This document shows positions 28,701 to 38,807 of a stretch of 64,000 nucleotides of DNA, piece by piece (the first letter of the stretch is position 1; each line of letters opens with the position of its first letter). Source of the DNA: an archaeon (lineage in GTDB: Archaea; Aenigmatarchaeota; Aenigmatarchaeia; QMZP01; JAFGSV01); contig JANQNF010000046.1 of NCBI GenBank assembly GCA_028279705.1, forward strand, positions 17,019 through 81,018, given 5' to 3'. Position numbers and translations under genes: made by a program. The notes beneath the pieces are model-generated. The model had not been told where the DNA came from, searched no databases, and saw only the letters and a program-made list of their open reading frames with translations.

Positions 28701-29396
28701 TTAACCAGCTTTTTCCAGCACGCCAAGAATCTCATCGAACTTCTTTATGGTAAAGTCTGCCTTTCCCTTCGAGCTCTTGTCTGAAAGGTGAACTGCGGTC
28801 ATACCCAAATGCTTTGCCCCTTCAACGTCCTGTTCAAGTGAGTCCCCAAGCATCACGGCTTCCTCCGGAAGACACCCTGCCTTCTTCAGCGCAAGCAGGA
28901 AAACCGCCGGATGGGGCTTCTCCTTTCCGGCTTCCTGGCTGGTGACCACGAAATCTATGTAATCCTCCACTCCGAGCCTTTCAAGCTTTTTTATCTGAAC
29001 GTCTGCGACGAGGTTTGTTGCAAGCCCTATCAGTATACCGCTTTTCTTGATCTTCTTCATGGCTTCCATGACACCGGGAAAAAGGCTGAGGTTCGAATAA
29101 GTGGACTTCCAGTATACTTCCGTTATGTCGCTCAGTGTTCCCGGCTCGAACGGAAGCTTCATCCGCTCAGACATCCTCTGGAAGTAAAGGAACCTGTCGT
29201 GCATCGATGCAGTCCCGCTGAGTTCGAGATGTATCTCCTTTCTAGCTTCCATGTAGTTCTCGACAAAGTCCTTCTTGCTTACATCCAGGTGCATCTTCCT
29301 GAAGAACTCGTAGCACTCTTCAAGTGCCTTTTCATAAGCCTGCGTGGCATTGCATATTGTGTCGTCTATGTCAAGCATGAGAAGTTTCTTTCTCAC
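28701..29396 (-). CDS. HAD-superfamily hydrolase
   Basis: Motif I LMLDIDDTI; GDSLEQDVEGAKHLGM. Confidence 0.8.
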   Translation of the reverse strand: MRKKLLMLDIDDTICNATQAYEKALEECYEFFRKMHLDVSKKDFVENYMEARKEIHLELSGTASMHDRFLYFQRMSERMKLPFEPGTLSDITEVYWKSTYSNLSLFPGVMEAMKKIKKSGILIGLATNLVADVQIKKLERLGVEDYIDFVVTSQEAGKEKPHPAVFLLALKKAGCLPEEAVMLGDSLEQDVEGAKHLGMTAVHLSDKSSKGKADFTIKKFDEILGVLEKAG

Positions 29397-30366
29397 TACA
29401 CTCCACCTTTGGCTTTTTTAGATAAGTGTTTGCATGATGCATGAACTTGTCAAGTGTCCCTCTAGGTATCCTCGCACCAGCAGCTCCCGGGTGGCCGCCA
29501 CCGGAGCCGCCAACGGCATCTGCACACGTGTCCATCATGTCGTTTAAAAGGACATCGCTTTTTCTCTTCCTCACAGTGATGTCTATGTGGTCGCCTCTTT
29601 CCAGTATGAACATGCCAACCTCGGTGTCACCGACGGTTGCAGAAAAAAGCGCTGCAGGTCCCCTGAAACCGAAGTTTGGCATGTTCTGTACCACGCCAAT
29701 TTTTCCGATCTTCTCTGCATGTGCCTTTACATATTCGTAAAGCTCAAACTCCCTGGTAACGGCAAGCTTTGCTGACCTCACAAGGCCGGGAACGTCTGAT
29801 GGATTCTTGCCAAGGGACAGCGTCTCCACGATGTCCCTTTTGGCATCGTAGCTTCCAAACTGTTTGCTCTTTATACCCAGTATGAGCGTTGAAACCTCAA
29901 AATAAAGCGCCCTCCTGTCCCAGTTGAACATCCTCTCGTGCACAAACTCCGTATCATCCTCATAGTCGCCTATGGCACCGTAAAGTGCTATCCAGATCCT
30001 TTCCTTTGGTATGTCATTCTGGTAATGCCTGTAAACAAGCTCTGACGCGCTCACGTTCAGCTTGTGAATGTATTCGATATCAGAGAAATCCTCCCTGGTT
30101 ATGTTGTCGGGTATCCTGTGGTGGTCGAAGTATGTTATCTGTGTCTTCCTTGACTTGTTCTTCAAAAGCTTCACTATCTTCTGTGCGTCCTTTCTTGTGA
30201 TGGCAATGTCTGCTATGATTATCTTGTCGGCGTTCGTCTGCGAAAGATCACTGAGAAAGGAAACAGGCTTTGTGAAGAACACTTCAGCGTCAGGGTACTT
30301 GGCCTTTGCTATCGCACCGGAGCACATGCCATCGCAGTCGGCGTGAGTGAGAATAACTGTTTTCAT
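29371..30366 (-). CDS. DHH/DHHA1 phosphoesterase (NrnA-like)
   Basis: HADCDGMCSGAI, FDHHRIP, GGGHPGAAGA. Confidence 0.8.
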   Translation of the reverse strand: MKTVILTHADCDGMCSGAIAKAKYPDAEVFFTKPVSFLSDLSQTNADKIIIADIAITRKDAQKIVKLLKNKSRKTQITYFDHHRIPDNITREDFSDIEYIHKLNVSASELVYRHYQNDIPKERIWIALYGAIGDYEDDTEFVHERMFNWDRRALYFEVSTLILGIKSKQFGSYDAKRDIVETLSLGKNPSDVPGLVRSAKLAVTREFELYEYVKAHAEKIGKIGVVQNMPNFGFRGPAALFSATVGDTEVGMFILERGDHIDITVRKRKSDVLLNDMMDTCADAVGGSGGGHPGAAGARIPRGTLDKFMHHANTYLKKPKVECSEKETSHA

Positions 30367-30503
30367 AACTTATCTTAGTCGTTTTCAAATAAATATGAAA
30401 TATTTACCGGCTGAGACGGTATGTGAATGAACTTTATCTACAAACAATTTTGGGACACTCGATATGGTTAATTATTTAAACAGGTGATTACAAAAATAAA
30501 CAC

Positions 30504-31058
30504 ATGGTTAAAAAAATAACCACATCATTTAACTTAAGGGAAGATATACTCAGGCTTTTTTTTGATAGTCCGAGAAGAAAATACCATATTAGGGAGGTAG
30601 CTTCGTTGGTCGGTGTCGCACCGAGAACTGCAAAGAGGTATCTTGAGAACATGCGGGAAATGAAGCTTCTTTCACTGAGTAAGGATAAGCTATACGATTC
30701 ATATGTTGCTGACATAGAGTCAGTGGATTTCAAAAACTCCAAGGTTTTCTATGTTATGAAAAAAATAAGAGATTCCGGTCTTGTCGATTTTATTGAAAGG
30801 AAATTCAACTATCCAGCGATAATACTTTATGGAAGCGCCTCCAGAGGAGAAGACGTTGAAAATAGTGACATAGATATATTTGTGGTAGCAAAGAAGTGCG
30901 AAGATGTCAATGTTGATAAATTCAGTCAGTTCATTGGAAGGGAAATGCATGTGATGTGTATGAGTGAGGGTAGTTTCAAATCTGGTAAAAACAGCGAACT
31001 GATAAATAACGTGATAAACGGGATTGTAATATCAGGTTTTTTGGAGGCCTTTGAATGA
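30504..31058 (+). CDS. minimal nucleotidyltransferase (MNT) with N-terminal HTH
   Basis: YGSASRGEDVENSDIDIFVV. Confidence 0.75.
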   Translation: MVKKITTSFNLREDILRLFFDSPRRKYHIREVASLVGVAPRTAKRYLENMREMKLLSLSKDKLYDSYVADIESVDFKNSKVFYVMKKIRDSGLVDFIERKFNYPAIILYGSASRGEDVENSDIDIFVVAKKCEDVNVDKFSQFIGREMHVMCMSEGSFKSGKNSELINNVINGIVISGFLEAFE

Positions 31059-31477
31059 GATGGGAAGAATGTGTGGAGCGTGGTACGGCACGAAAGGGTA
31101 GGCCAGACTTCCAGCGTGCCAAATCTCTGTTTGCCATGGCGGAAGTAAGACTCGATGTAATTAAGGAGATTGAAATGGACGATGACAGCGCTTCTGTCAT
31201 ATTCACAATGATGTATGAATCCATCCTTGAGTTTGCCCATGCATTGGCTGCATTGAGTGGGTATAAGATACTGGATCATGTTTGCACGAAAGCGTTCCTT
31301 GAAGATATGGGAATTAGATCAATCGCCGCCAAGTTCGACATCTACAGGAAAAACAGAAACAGTGTAAACTACTACGGGAAGAAACTTGAGCGTGAGTATG
31401 TGGAAATCTCACTTCGGGAAATGAACGGCGTGATTGGAAAGCTGAAGAGCGAATATGCGAAATTAACCAGCAGATAA
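31055..31477 (+). CDS. HEPN-domain protein, partner of MNT
   Basis: Overlap ATGA with MNT; helical HEPN-like sequence. Confidence 0.65.
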   Translation: MRWEECVERGTARKGRPDFQRAKSLFAMAEVRLDVIKEIEMDDDSASVIFTMMYESILEFAHALAALSGYKILDHVCTKAFLEDMGIRSIAAKFDIYRKNRNSVNYYGKKLEREYVEISLREMNGVIGKLKSEYAKLTSR

Positions 31478-31517
31478 CGTTCAAAATAACAAACAATTGT
31501 TTGATATTTTTACACGA

Positions 31518-32807
31518 CTAAAACTCTTCCCTGCTGCTGTCAACCTGGTACTTCCCTTTCTTCATGTACGTGCTATTCATCTGATACGTTATTTCGGACT
31601 TATATGAACTGGTTCCGATTTCATCTTCAAGCTTAAAATCATACCGCTTTACTGGTGTTTCGTTCTCGATTTCCGTGTCTTCGAATTTCACTTCCACCTC
31701 AAAGCCTTCGTAAGCCGGTGGATAATTCGAGGGTGACCCGTCTGCTCTGAATTTCCAGATAATTTCGCCGCTTTCAGTGTCAAGTGCGTAGAAATTGCAG
31801 TCATATGAGCCGAAGTATACTTTTCCTTCCCATATCGCAGGCTGCCACCAGTTTATCTCACGTGTCCTGAACTTCCACAACACAATCCCGTTCATGTCGA
31901 TGCAGTAGAGGTTCTGGTCCTCACATGTGAAGTATATCTTGTCGTTGTATATCGTCGGCTGGCCTGTGGGTTTTGTGGTCGAGAATTTCCAAAGGGCTTT
32001 CCCGTCAAGGTCGAAACCGAACACGTTCCCGTCCTCCGTAGGTACAATCAGGATATCATTGTGAATCACTGTACCGCATGTCATGCCGTATTGGCTTATC
32101 TTCTTCTTCCATATTATCTGACCGGTCCTCGCGTCTGCCTTCCTCAGAAGATTGTCGAGTGATGTGAGGTATATGAATCCATCCTTTATTGCGAAGCCTC
32201 CTGAATTCGTTATGTTCTGCTCTGTTCTTATCTTCCATATGAAACGTCCTGAAACACTGTCCATGCAGTAGAAGTTCTTGTCATATGAGCCAAAGATAAC
32301 CGTGTTTTCGAAGAAAATTGGATCTGCAAGTATCTTGTCATGCGTTTTGTATTTCCATACAAGGCTTCCATCGTTTGCGCTGACAGCGTAGAAGTTCTTG
32401 TCAAGGGAACCGAAATAGACAATACCGTCTCTCACGCTCACGCCAGATATTATCGCATTCTCTGTTCTGAACTTCCATATAAGCTCTCCCGTGTCTGCAT
32501 CGAATGCGTAGAGGTTGTGGTCATGTGAGCCAATGAAAATCATACCATCATAAACATCTGGGGAACATATTCCGATTCTGTCTTTGGTCTTGTACTTCCA
32601 GACGAGTCTTCCGGTTGCAGCATCGACACAGTGCATGTTGTGATTGTAGGACCCGAAATATACTTTTCCATTGTGTATGAGTGGATGCTGGTCTATGCTT
32701 CCACCAGTGCTGATTCTCATTATACGGTCAAATTCCTTGACCTGTTTTACTTCATACTCTCCCATCTCAAGGGAGAAATCGTTGAGATCAAATGAGGCTT
32801 CTTCCAT
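31518..32807 (-). CDS. PQQ-repeat beta-propeller protein
   Basis: About 8 repeats of the GxxYxGSxDxxxYAxD type. Confidence 0.8.
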   Translation of the reverse strand: MEEASFDLNDFSLEMGEYEVKQVKEFDRIMRISTGGSIDQHPLIHNGKVYFGSYNHNMHCVDAATGRLVWKYKTKDRIGICSPDVYDGMIFIGSHDHNLYAFDADTGELIWKFRTENAIISGVSVRDGIVYFGSLDKNFYAVSANDGSLVWKYKTHDKILADPIFFENTVIFGSYDKNFYCMDSVSGRFIWKIRTEQNITNSGGFAIKDGFIYLTSLDNLLRKADARTGQIIWKKKISQYGMTCGTVIHNDILIVPTEDGNVFGFDLDGKALWKFSTTKPTGQPTIYNDKIYFTCEDQNLYCIDMNGIVLWKFRTREINWWQPAIWEGKVYFGSYDCNFYALDTESGEIIWKFRADGSPSNYPPAYEGFEVEVKFEDTEIENETPVKRYDFKLEDEIGTSSYKSEITYQMNSTYMKKGKYQVDSSREEF

Positions 32808-32905
32808 GACGTAATAATGTAGCTAAAATTAAAGTATGTTACCCCAAGAATAAAACGGGACTATTCTTTCAGATGCGACAGACAACTTGTCACACACAGT
32901 CGGCG

Positions 32906-32982
32906 TGGGTAAGAATTACTGTTTTCATAACTTATCTTAGTTGTTTTCAAATAAATATGAAATAATTCCAGGTGTGACAGTA
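32906..32982. repeat. about 77-bp duplicate of the DHH gene promoter plus its first 10 codons (30345..30420), now upstream of the PQQ gene
   Basis: cagtcggcgtgggtaagaattactgttttcataacttatcttagttgttttcaaataaatatgaaata versus cagtcggcgtgagtgagaataactgttttcataacttatcttagtcgttttcaaataaatatgaaata. Confidence 0.7.
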
Positions 32983-32996
32983 TTTAATCAGAGTCT

Positions 32997-33242
32997 TTAC
33001 TTGTATACTTTCTTGCGGTGTTCAAAACAGTTGATTACTATACAGTTTTTCTCAAGTCTGTAAACAACCCTGAAAGGCTTTATAACAAGCCTTCTATGTC
33101 CCTTTAGTTCGTGTCTCAATGGCCTGCCGGATTCTGGTATTTCTTTCAGTTTGCTTATAGCTTTGATTATCTTTTCCCGGAGAAAGTGGTCCTTGATTCT
33201 TTTATAGTCCTTTCTGAACTGCTCGGAAAATATTATTTCCAT
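32997..33242 (-). CDS. RelE/ParE-family toxin
   Basis: 81 aa, basic, typical RelE length; directly follows the antitoxin gene. Confidence 0.65.
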   Translation of the reverse strand: MEIIFSEQFRKDYKRIKDHFLREKIIKAISKLKEIPESGRPLRHELKGHRRLVIKPFRVVYRLEKNCIVINCFEHRKKVYK

Positions 33243-33243
33243 T

Positions 33244-33522
33244 CTATTCTCCCATCAGAAGGTCATCTATTTCCTTGAAAGACATGCTCGTATCGGCCTT
33301 GACTACTCTTCCCTTCTTGATGTCTTCCTCTCCTTTTTCAATCCTGTTCATTAAGTCCATCTCCTCTATGAGCATTTTGTCTTTTATTGGCTTCAGCATG
33401 ATATTGCCATTCTCATTGAAGATGAGGAACTTTGTCTGAGGTTTCAATCTTGAGTCTCTTCTTATCTCTACCGGGATTACCACCTGGCCGTTTGTAGACA
33501 TCTTTGTTATGGACACTTCCAT
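33244..33522 (-). CDS. AbrB/MazE-type antitoxin
   Basis: MSTNGQVVIPVEIRR swapped-hairpin motif. Confidence 0.6.
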   Translation of the reverse strand: MEVSITKMSTNGQVVIPVEIRRDSRLKPQTKFLIFNENGNIMLKPIKDKMLIEEMDLMNRIEKGEEDIKKGRVVKADTSMSFKEIDDLLMGE

Positions 33523-33735
33523 AATAACACCTTATTCATTTAAAATATATTTTAATATTAAAATATATTATATAAAAAGCTATCGTTTATCTGTGGCTAA
33601 AACTCTTCCTCTTTACTGTCTATCTGGTACTTCCCCTTTGAAGCATATTGGGTGGAGATTTGGTAGGTTATGCGGGATTGTATGTGCTTTTGCTCTCTTA
33701 CTCAAGACTTCGTCGTTGGTGTATGCAATGTCGCA

Positions 33736-35112
33736 TTAATCATTGTCAGGTTTCCCTCCAAGTTTCCTGATAACTTTCTTCAGTTCAACCATTTTCAGTT
33801 CCCTGCCTATAGCCAATTTATTGAATTTTTCGAGTTCTTCGTTTTTGGATTCCAGTTCTATTGTTCTTTTCTTAACAGTCTTCTCAAGATTTTCACTGTA
33901 CTTTTCAAGCTCGTTCCTTTGGTTATTCAGCGTCTCTGCCATTTGGTTAAAACCGGAAGCAAACTCACCCAATTCGTCGCCAGATTCAACTCTCACCCTC
34001 ACACTGAGATCACCTTCAATGATCTTATTCACAGCGCTTTTCAATTTGCTGATGGGTTTTGATATTGAACGGGAAATTGAAAATGCAATGAAAATCCCTG
34101 ATATGACTAAAATTGCAGTGAAAGATATTATGTTGTTCTTCAGTATGAAGATTGGCTCCAATACTTCATTTTCATCCTGCTGGACCATTATGATCCACTG
34201 CATCCCTTCAAAATCTCCGTATTTTTCGGGACGTGTATATGAAAGCAACTTTTTCTTTCCACCCTCCTCGAAAATGAAAAAGCCTTCGTTGTCTTTCATG
34301 TTCTTGAAAAAATCCTTGTCGGACACGTCTTCTGAAAATTTGAATGCATCGCTTGAATATACAAGATTTCCCTTTTCTGTCATGATTTTAATTTCAGTTG
34401 TCCTGAACTTCTCTATTTCAAAGGTTTCCTTCACAACCCATTCAAATGGTATGACAGCCTTTAAAACCCCGATGAAGTTACCGTTTTCATCATCGACCCT
34501 TACTCCTATACTTATTGAATACATGCCAGCACTTTCATCATACTCGACATTGCCTGCGTATGTGCCCTGAGATGCAGTCTTCTGCCACCATAATTCATCA
34601 TCCTGCTTATAATCAGATGTTTTTGATGTCAGGGCAACGATTGCTCCGTATTTGTTGGTTACAAATATTTCACCAAATACGTTGTAACCGTATTTTTTCC
34701 TGTAAAAATCTATCAATTCCCTGTTCATGTTATTTGACAATTCATTTGTTAGCAGATCACGCATAAAAGGGGTGATTTCATCACCCGGGGCAGAACTCCA
34801 TCCATGATTTTTTTCATCCAGATATTCCCTGAAATTTTCCATTTCTTCAAATTCCCCGTTTGATTCTGAGACAAATTTCTGGATCAGTGAATATTTTGAA
34901 TATGTTTGCAGGCCTTCCATCTTTACATAGATCTCATTATCTATTCCTTTTAAAATGTGTTTTGCTGTGGATATGGAATTCATTCCAACGGAGTGCTCAA
35001 GGGATTCTTGACTAACATTGACCGAATAGAGAGCCAGGACAACCACCATCATTATAAGAAATAAGTAGCTCACTGCCAATTTTGTAACTATGCTGATTTT
35101 CATTACCATCAC
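33736..35112 (-). CDS. membrane sensor: TM - Cache-like periplasmic domain - TM - HAMP - short coiled coil, no catalytic output
   Basis: Two TM helices bracket a ~280-aa domain; HAMP ISKLKSAVNKIIEGDLSVRVRV...ELGEFASGFNQMAETL; ends in heptad-repeat tail. Confidence 0.7.
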   Translation of the reverse strand: MMVMKISIVTKLAVSYLFLIMMVVVLALYSVNVSQESLEHSVGMNSISTAKHILKGIDNEIYVKMEGLQTYSKYSLIQKFVSESNGEFEEMENFREYLDEKNHGWSSAPGDEITPFMRDLLTNELSNNMNRELIDFYRKKYGYNVFGEIFVTNKYGAIVALTSKTSDYKQDDELWWQKTASQGTYAGNVEYDESAGMYSISIGVRVDDENGNFIGVLKAVIPFEWVVKETFEIEKFRTTEIKIMTEKGNLVYSSDAFKFSEDVSDKDFFKNMKDNEGFFIFEEGGKKKLLSYTRPEKYGDFEGMQWIIMVQQDENEVLEPIFILKNNIISFTAILVISGIFIAFSISRSISKPISKLKSAVNKIIEGDLSVRVRVESGDELGEFASGFNQMAETLNNQRNELEKYSENLEKTVKKRTIELESKNEELEKFNKLAIGRELKMVELKKVIRKLGGKPDND

Positions 35113-36206
35113 ACATATTTGAAATTCTGTCGCCCAATCTGGGCAGGATAGAGGGGAAAAGTGATGTCATGGTCCCCCTTTTCTACGTTGAGGCAACCAA
35201 AAACTCCGCAATAGACAAACCCGTCTCCGAGAATATCTTTAATGGACGTACGTGATGTCTTTTCATCTTCCAGTAATCCTTTCAGTATTCTTATGAAATC
35301 GTAACCAATGCCTGCGTAATGATTAAACGATTTGCCATACTTGGTTTCATATTTTTTTCTGACATCGCGGGAAAAAATGAAGTTGGGATCATAGATTATT
35401 GGCGCTGCCGTGTACGCCCCTCTCGTCCAGGATGAATCTGAAACAGGTGGCGATGAAGTTGCAGAAGACCCTATTATGAACTCACTGAAATCCATTTCTC
35501 TTAACTGTCTTAGGACAATTTCCAGATGACTTTCCATTCCTAAAACATAGATCGCATCCATGTCCCCAAGGTCTTTGATTTTATCTCTGAAATCTGTATT
35601 ATCCAGCCCGAAAGATTCGCTTTTGAAAGATGTACCTTTCATCTCAAATTCACCCTTCAATATTTCGTGGAAATGTGAGAATTCAGTCGTGTTCAAGTAC
35701 AGAACACCCAAGCTTTCTATTCCCAGCTCGCCCAATAGTGGAAGCATGTATCGTATTTCATCCTCAGGTACCGTATAATAACTGAAAGACCATTCTCTTT
35801 TCGGGACTTTAACTGAAGTTGCCAGGCCCACGAGAGTGACTTCATTTTCTTCAGCCTGTTCGGAAAGTGGCAGTGAAACACCGCTTTCTGTCGATACGTA
35901 CAGGACTGGCCGGTGTTCGGCTTCCATTTCATTGAACACCTCGATACCTCTTTTGGGGTCTGTCCGGCTATCCTCTATGACCAATTCTATCTTTCTTCCG
36001 TTCAGCCCACCCCAGTAGTTTATTTCTTCAATTGCCAGAAGCATCCCGTCCCTTACCTCTTCTCCTGTGTAGGATGCCGGACCGGAAAGTGAGAGAACTG
36101 CGCCTATTTTGATAGTTCTGTCGGCATCATTTACCTGGAAAGCGAAAAAGACGATAATGCAAATTGACATTGTTGCGATAAGCGAATAAATAATCTTTCT
36201 CTCCAT
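35109..36206 (-). CDS. LivK-like (Peripla_BP_6) solute-binding protein
   Basis: IKIGAVLSLSGPASYTGEEVRDGMLLAIEEIN..GRKIELVIEDSRTDP. Confidence 0.8.
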   Translation of the reverse strand: MERKIIYSLIATMSICIIVFFAFQVNDADRTIKIGAVLSLSGPASYTGEEVRDGMLLAIEEINYWGGLNGRKIELVIEDSRTDPKRGIEVFNEMEAEHRPVLYVSTESGVSLPLSEQAEENEVTLVGLATSVKVPKREWSFSYYTVPEDEIRYMLPLLGELGIESLGVLYLNTTEFSHFHEILKGEFEMKGTSFKSESFGLDNTDFRDKIKDLGDMDAIYVLGMESHLEIVLRQLREMDFSEFIIGSSATSSPPVSDSSWTRGAYTAAPIIYDPNFIFSRDVRKKYETKYGKSFNHYAGIGYDFIRILKGLLEDEKTSRTSIKDILGDGFVYCGVFGCLNVEKGDHDITFPLYPAQIGRQNFKYV

Positions 36207-36233
36207 TTTCCTACCCGTTTTTTTATCACGCCG

Positions 36234-37538
36234 CTATTCGGGAGAAGGGTACCAGTACCTTTTTTCAGCTGCATCCAAAGGCCATATGGTAACAAGTTCG
36301 CCGTTCTGCCACTGCATTACCAGTGTTGAAAGTTTGTTCTGGTTGGTGAAATCATCGAAATTCTCAAATTTGATAGGTCCAAATGGGCTGTCTCTATCTG
36401 TTTTTTTAAGCGCTTCGATGAGGTCTTCTGATCCGAGTGATTCTGTTCTTTCTAGAGCATCTATCAGGACTAAGAATGACGAATATCCTCTTGCACCGTG
36501 GTAACTTGGGACTTCCCCGTACCTCGATTCATAATCACTGCTGAATTTGCTAGCTCCGGAATATTTGACCCCGGATGTCCATGTGGCAATGGTGACGACA
36601 GCATCTGCAGCGTCCCCTGTGACCGTGCCGAAGTCCTGGACAGCGAATCCTCCGCCACCTCCGACAAACAGCTTGGGACTCACCTCCAGCTCTTTTGCCT
36701 GTTTCATTAGAAGTGAGCCGTCTTCCAGATAAGACACCATGAACACAATGTCAGGATTTTTACCCTTTATTTCAGTTAGCATCTGGCTGAAATCGGTAGT
36801 ATCCTCGGCGTATGATTGATCATACACAACTTCTATACCCTCGTTTGCGCTGAATTCCCTCATAGTTTCTGCAAGACCCGTACCGAAATCACTGGATTCG
36901 TATATCAATGCTATCGTATCCGGTTTGGCAACGCTGGTTAAAAAATCCTGCAGGCCGGAAGGGTACTGGCTGTTTGATGGGAGTATTCTGAACACGTTAT
37001 CCCATCCCTGCTGGGTAATTTTATCAGAAGAGCCTGACTGGATCAGGTAAGGAGTGTTATGCTCCGCGGCAATCTGTGCCACTTCCCATGTTTTGGAACT
37101 TCCATAAAAACCATAAAGTATTGGTGTTTTGTCCTCAACGATCAACCTTGTTGCGATTTCTTTTACTTTTTCCGTATCCCCGCCGGTATCTTCAAATGAG
37201 AGTACCATTTTTTTCCCTTGCAGAATCCCTTTCTTGAATCCGCCCGCGTCATTGAACTCATTCAGTGAGATGATCATTGACCGTTTTATTATTTCTGCAA
37301 ATTCTGATTTTGACCCGGAAAACGGCAGTGGTACACTCAGAGTGAATGCGTCCGGATCTTCAACCGGTCCGGACTTGGTGATGGGTAGGGTTTCCACTAC
37401 ATCTTTTTCGCTACCCGCGGTTTCAGAGATTTTGTTGGTGTCTGTCTGGACATCATCTGTGACAGAGGTGTTGGTGCATCCGCTGCTTGTGAGTAGTATT
37501 AGAAAGAGAATTGAAAAAAATACATAACATTTTTTCAT
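36234..37538 (-). CDS. LivK-like solute-binding lipoprotein
   Basis: Lipobox LLTSSGC; Peripla_BP_6-like core. Confidence 0.7.
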   Translation of the reverse strand: MKKCYVFFSILFLILLTSSGCTNTSVTDDVQTDTNKISETAGSEKDVVETLPITKSGPVEDPDAFTLSVPLPFSGSKSEFAEIIKRSMIISLNEFNDAGGFKKGILQGKKMVLSFEDTGGDTEKVKEIATRLIVEDKTPILYGFYGSSKTWEVAQIAAEHNTPYLIQSGSSDKITQQGWDNVFRILPSNSQYPSGLQDFLTSVAKPDTIALIYESSDFGTGLAETMREFSANEGIEVVYDQSYAEDTTDFSQMLTEIKGKNPDIVFMVSYLEDGSLLMKQAKELEVSPKLFVGGGGGFAVQDFGTVTGDAADAVVTIATWTSGVKYSGASKFSSDYESRYGEVPSYHGARGYSSFLVLIDALERTESLGSEDLIEALKKTDRDSPFGPIKFENFDDFTNQNKLSTLVMQWQNGELVTIWPLDAAEKRYWYPSPE

Positions 37539-37902
37539 TTTAGCACACTTTTTATTATAATGGTTTAAGTATATATTGTTTTTTGATATACTAAAGTTGC
37601 ATTAATATGATTTATTGAGTGGGCGTTTAAGGATTTCCCTCTTCTCCTGTTCTCGAATATTACAAGTGTTGCAGGTATCAGTGTTATTGAAGCGAGAAAC
37701 GAATAAAGCACGCCGAACAATCCAGACTTCATGGTAACGCATTGCGAAACTTCCAAAAATCGAAATAAGGCAAAGCATTCTATGAATCCATTCTATTTTT
37801 CATGGGACAGGATCCCATGAGCGGGCTCTTCGGAAATCGTGAAAAAGAATGCGGCGTAATCACAATCACATATATTAATGGAAATCGCATATTGATAATT
37901 GT

Positions 37903-38500
37903 ATGGAGCAAGAGCCTGATGGGGATTCGAAGCTGATGGAAAATGCGCTCATGGGCATGTGGATCACCTGCTCTAACAATGCCATCAAGGCCATTTCGGG
38001 AACCATGCAAAAGGAAGCCGAGATAAAGAGTCAGTCCATAAAGAGGATGTCACTGAAAGATGTCCCCAAGTTCCTCGATTCTGACAGCCATAAGAGCACG
38101 ATAGTTTGGATGCAGCTCAAGGGCGAAGTGGAAGGTGCAATTTTGATGAGTTTCTCCGTTGACGACATACTTAAACTGGAGAACATACTGCTTCACAAGA
38201 AAGTGGAATATTTCCAGACGCTCAGTGAAGAGAACACTGTGGTAATCAAGGAGCTTGCAAAGATAATAGCATACTTCTACATGGAGGAGCTTGTAAAACT
38301 CTTCGATTTCAAATTGAAAGATCCCTCTTTGTCGACCAGCCCGTACAGGGTGCCTGAGTTCCTTGGCATGGGAGACACAGAGAATGATAGCATCGGAGTA
38401 CTGGCTCTTGAGGCTTTGATGAACATCCCGCAGGAAGACATATCAGTGAATGTTTTCCTTCTGTTCAGGGAAGATTTCTCAAGCGTGATCTCAGACAACA
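37903..38500 (+). CDS. CheC/CheX-like domain protein (catalytic Asn not conserved); true 3' end uncertain
   Basis: Profile resembles CheC (SLKDVPKFL; STIVWMQLKGEVEGAILMSFSVDDILKLENILL) but the E-x2-N motif is absent; ORF track runs on to 38787 across the antisense REC gene. Confidence 0.4.
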
Positions 38501-38762
38501 TCCGCACCACGCTCAAAATCGCCAGTTTCAGGTCCTTTTTCTTCGGATCCTTCCTGATCTTTTCACACAGTTCTGTCCCTGTCATGGACGGCATCATCAC
38601 ATCGATGAGTATCAGGTCAGGCCTTATCTTTTCGAGCTTATCAAGACATTGCTGGCCGCTTTGTGCCGTTACAACTTCGTATCCTTCATTTTTGAGAATC
38701 TGCTCAAGAAGTACCCGGATGTCATTCTCATCATCGACAACCATGACGGTTTTTTTGGACAT
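38400..38762 (-). CDS. CheY-like receiver domain protein (divergent C-terminal half)
   Basis: VMVVDDEND, phospho-acceptor LIDVMMP, T/S in LAILSVV, degenerate K(T)F in place of KPF. Confidence 0.55.
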
Positions 38763-38807
38763 GTTGAATATTTCTTCTGATAGTTAAAATAATATAGTGT
38801 AAGAGCA

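Noticed and set aside
33743-34570. 275-aa plus-strand ORF
   Set aside because: Antisense to the Cache-HAMP sensor; low-complexity Ser/Phe/Leu.
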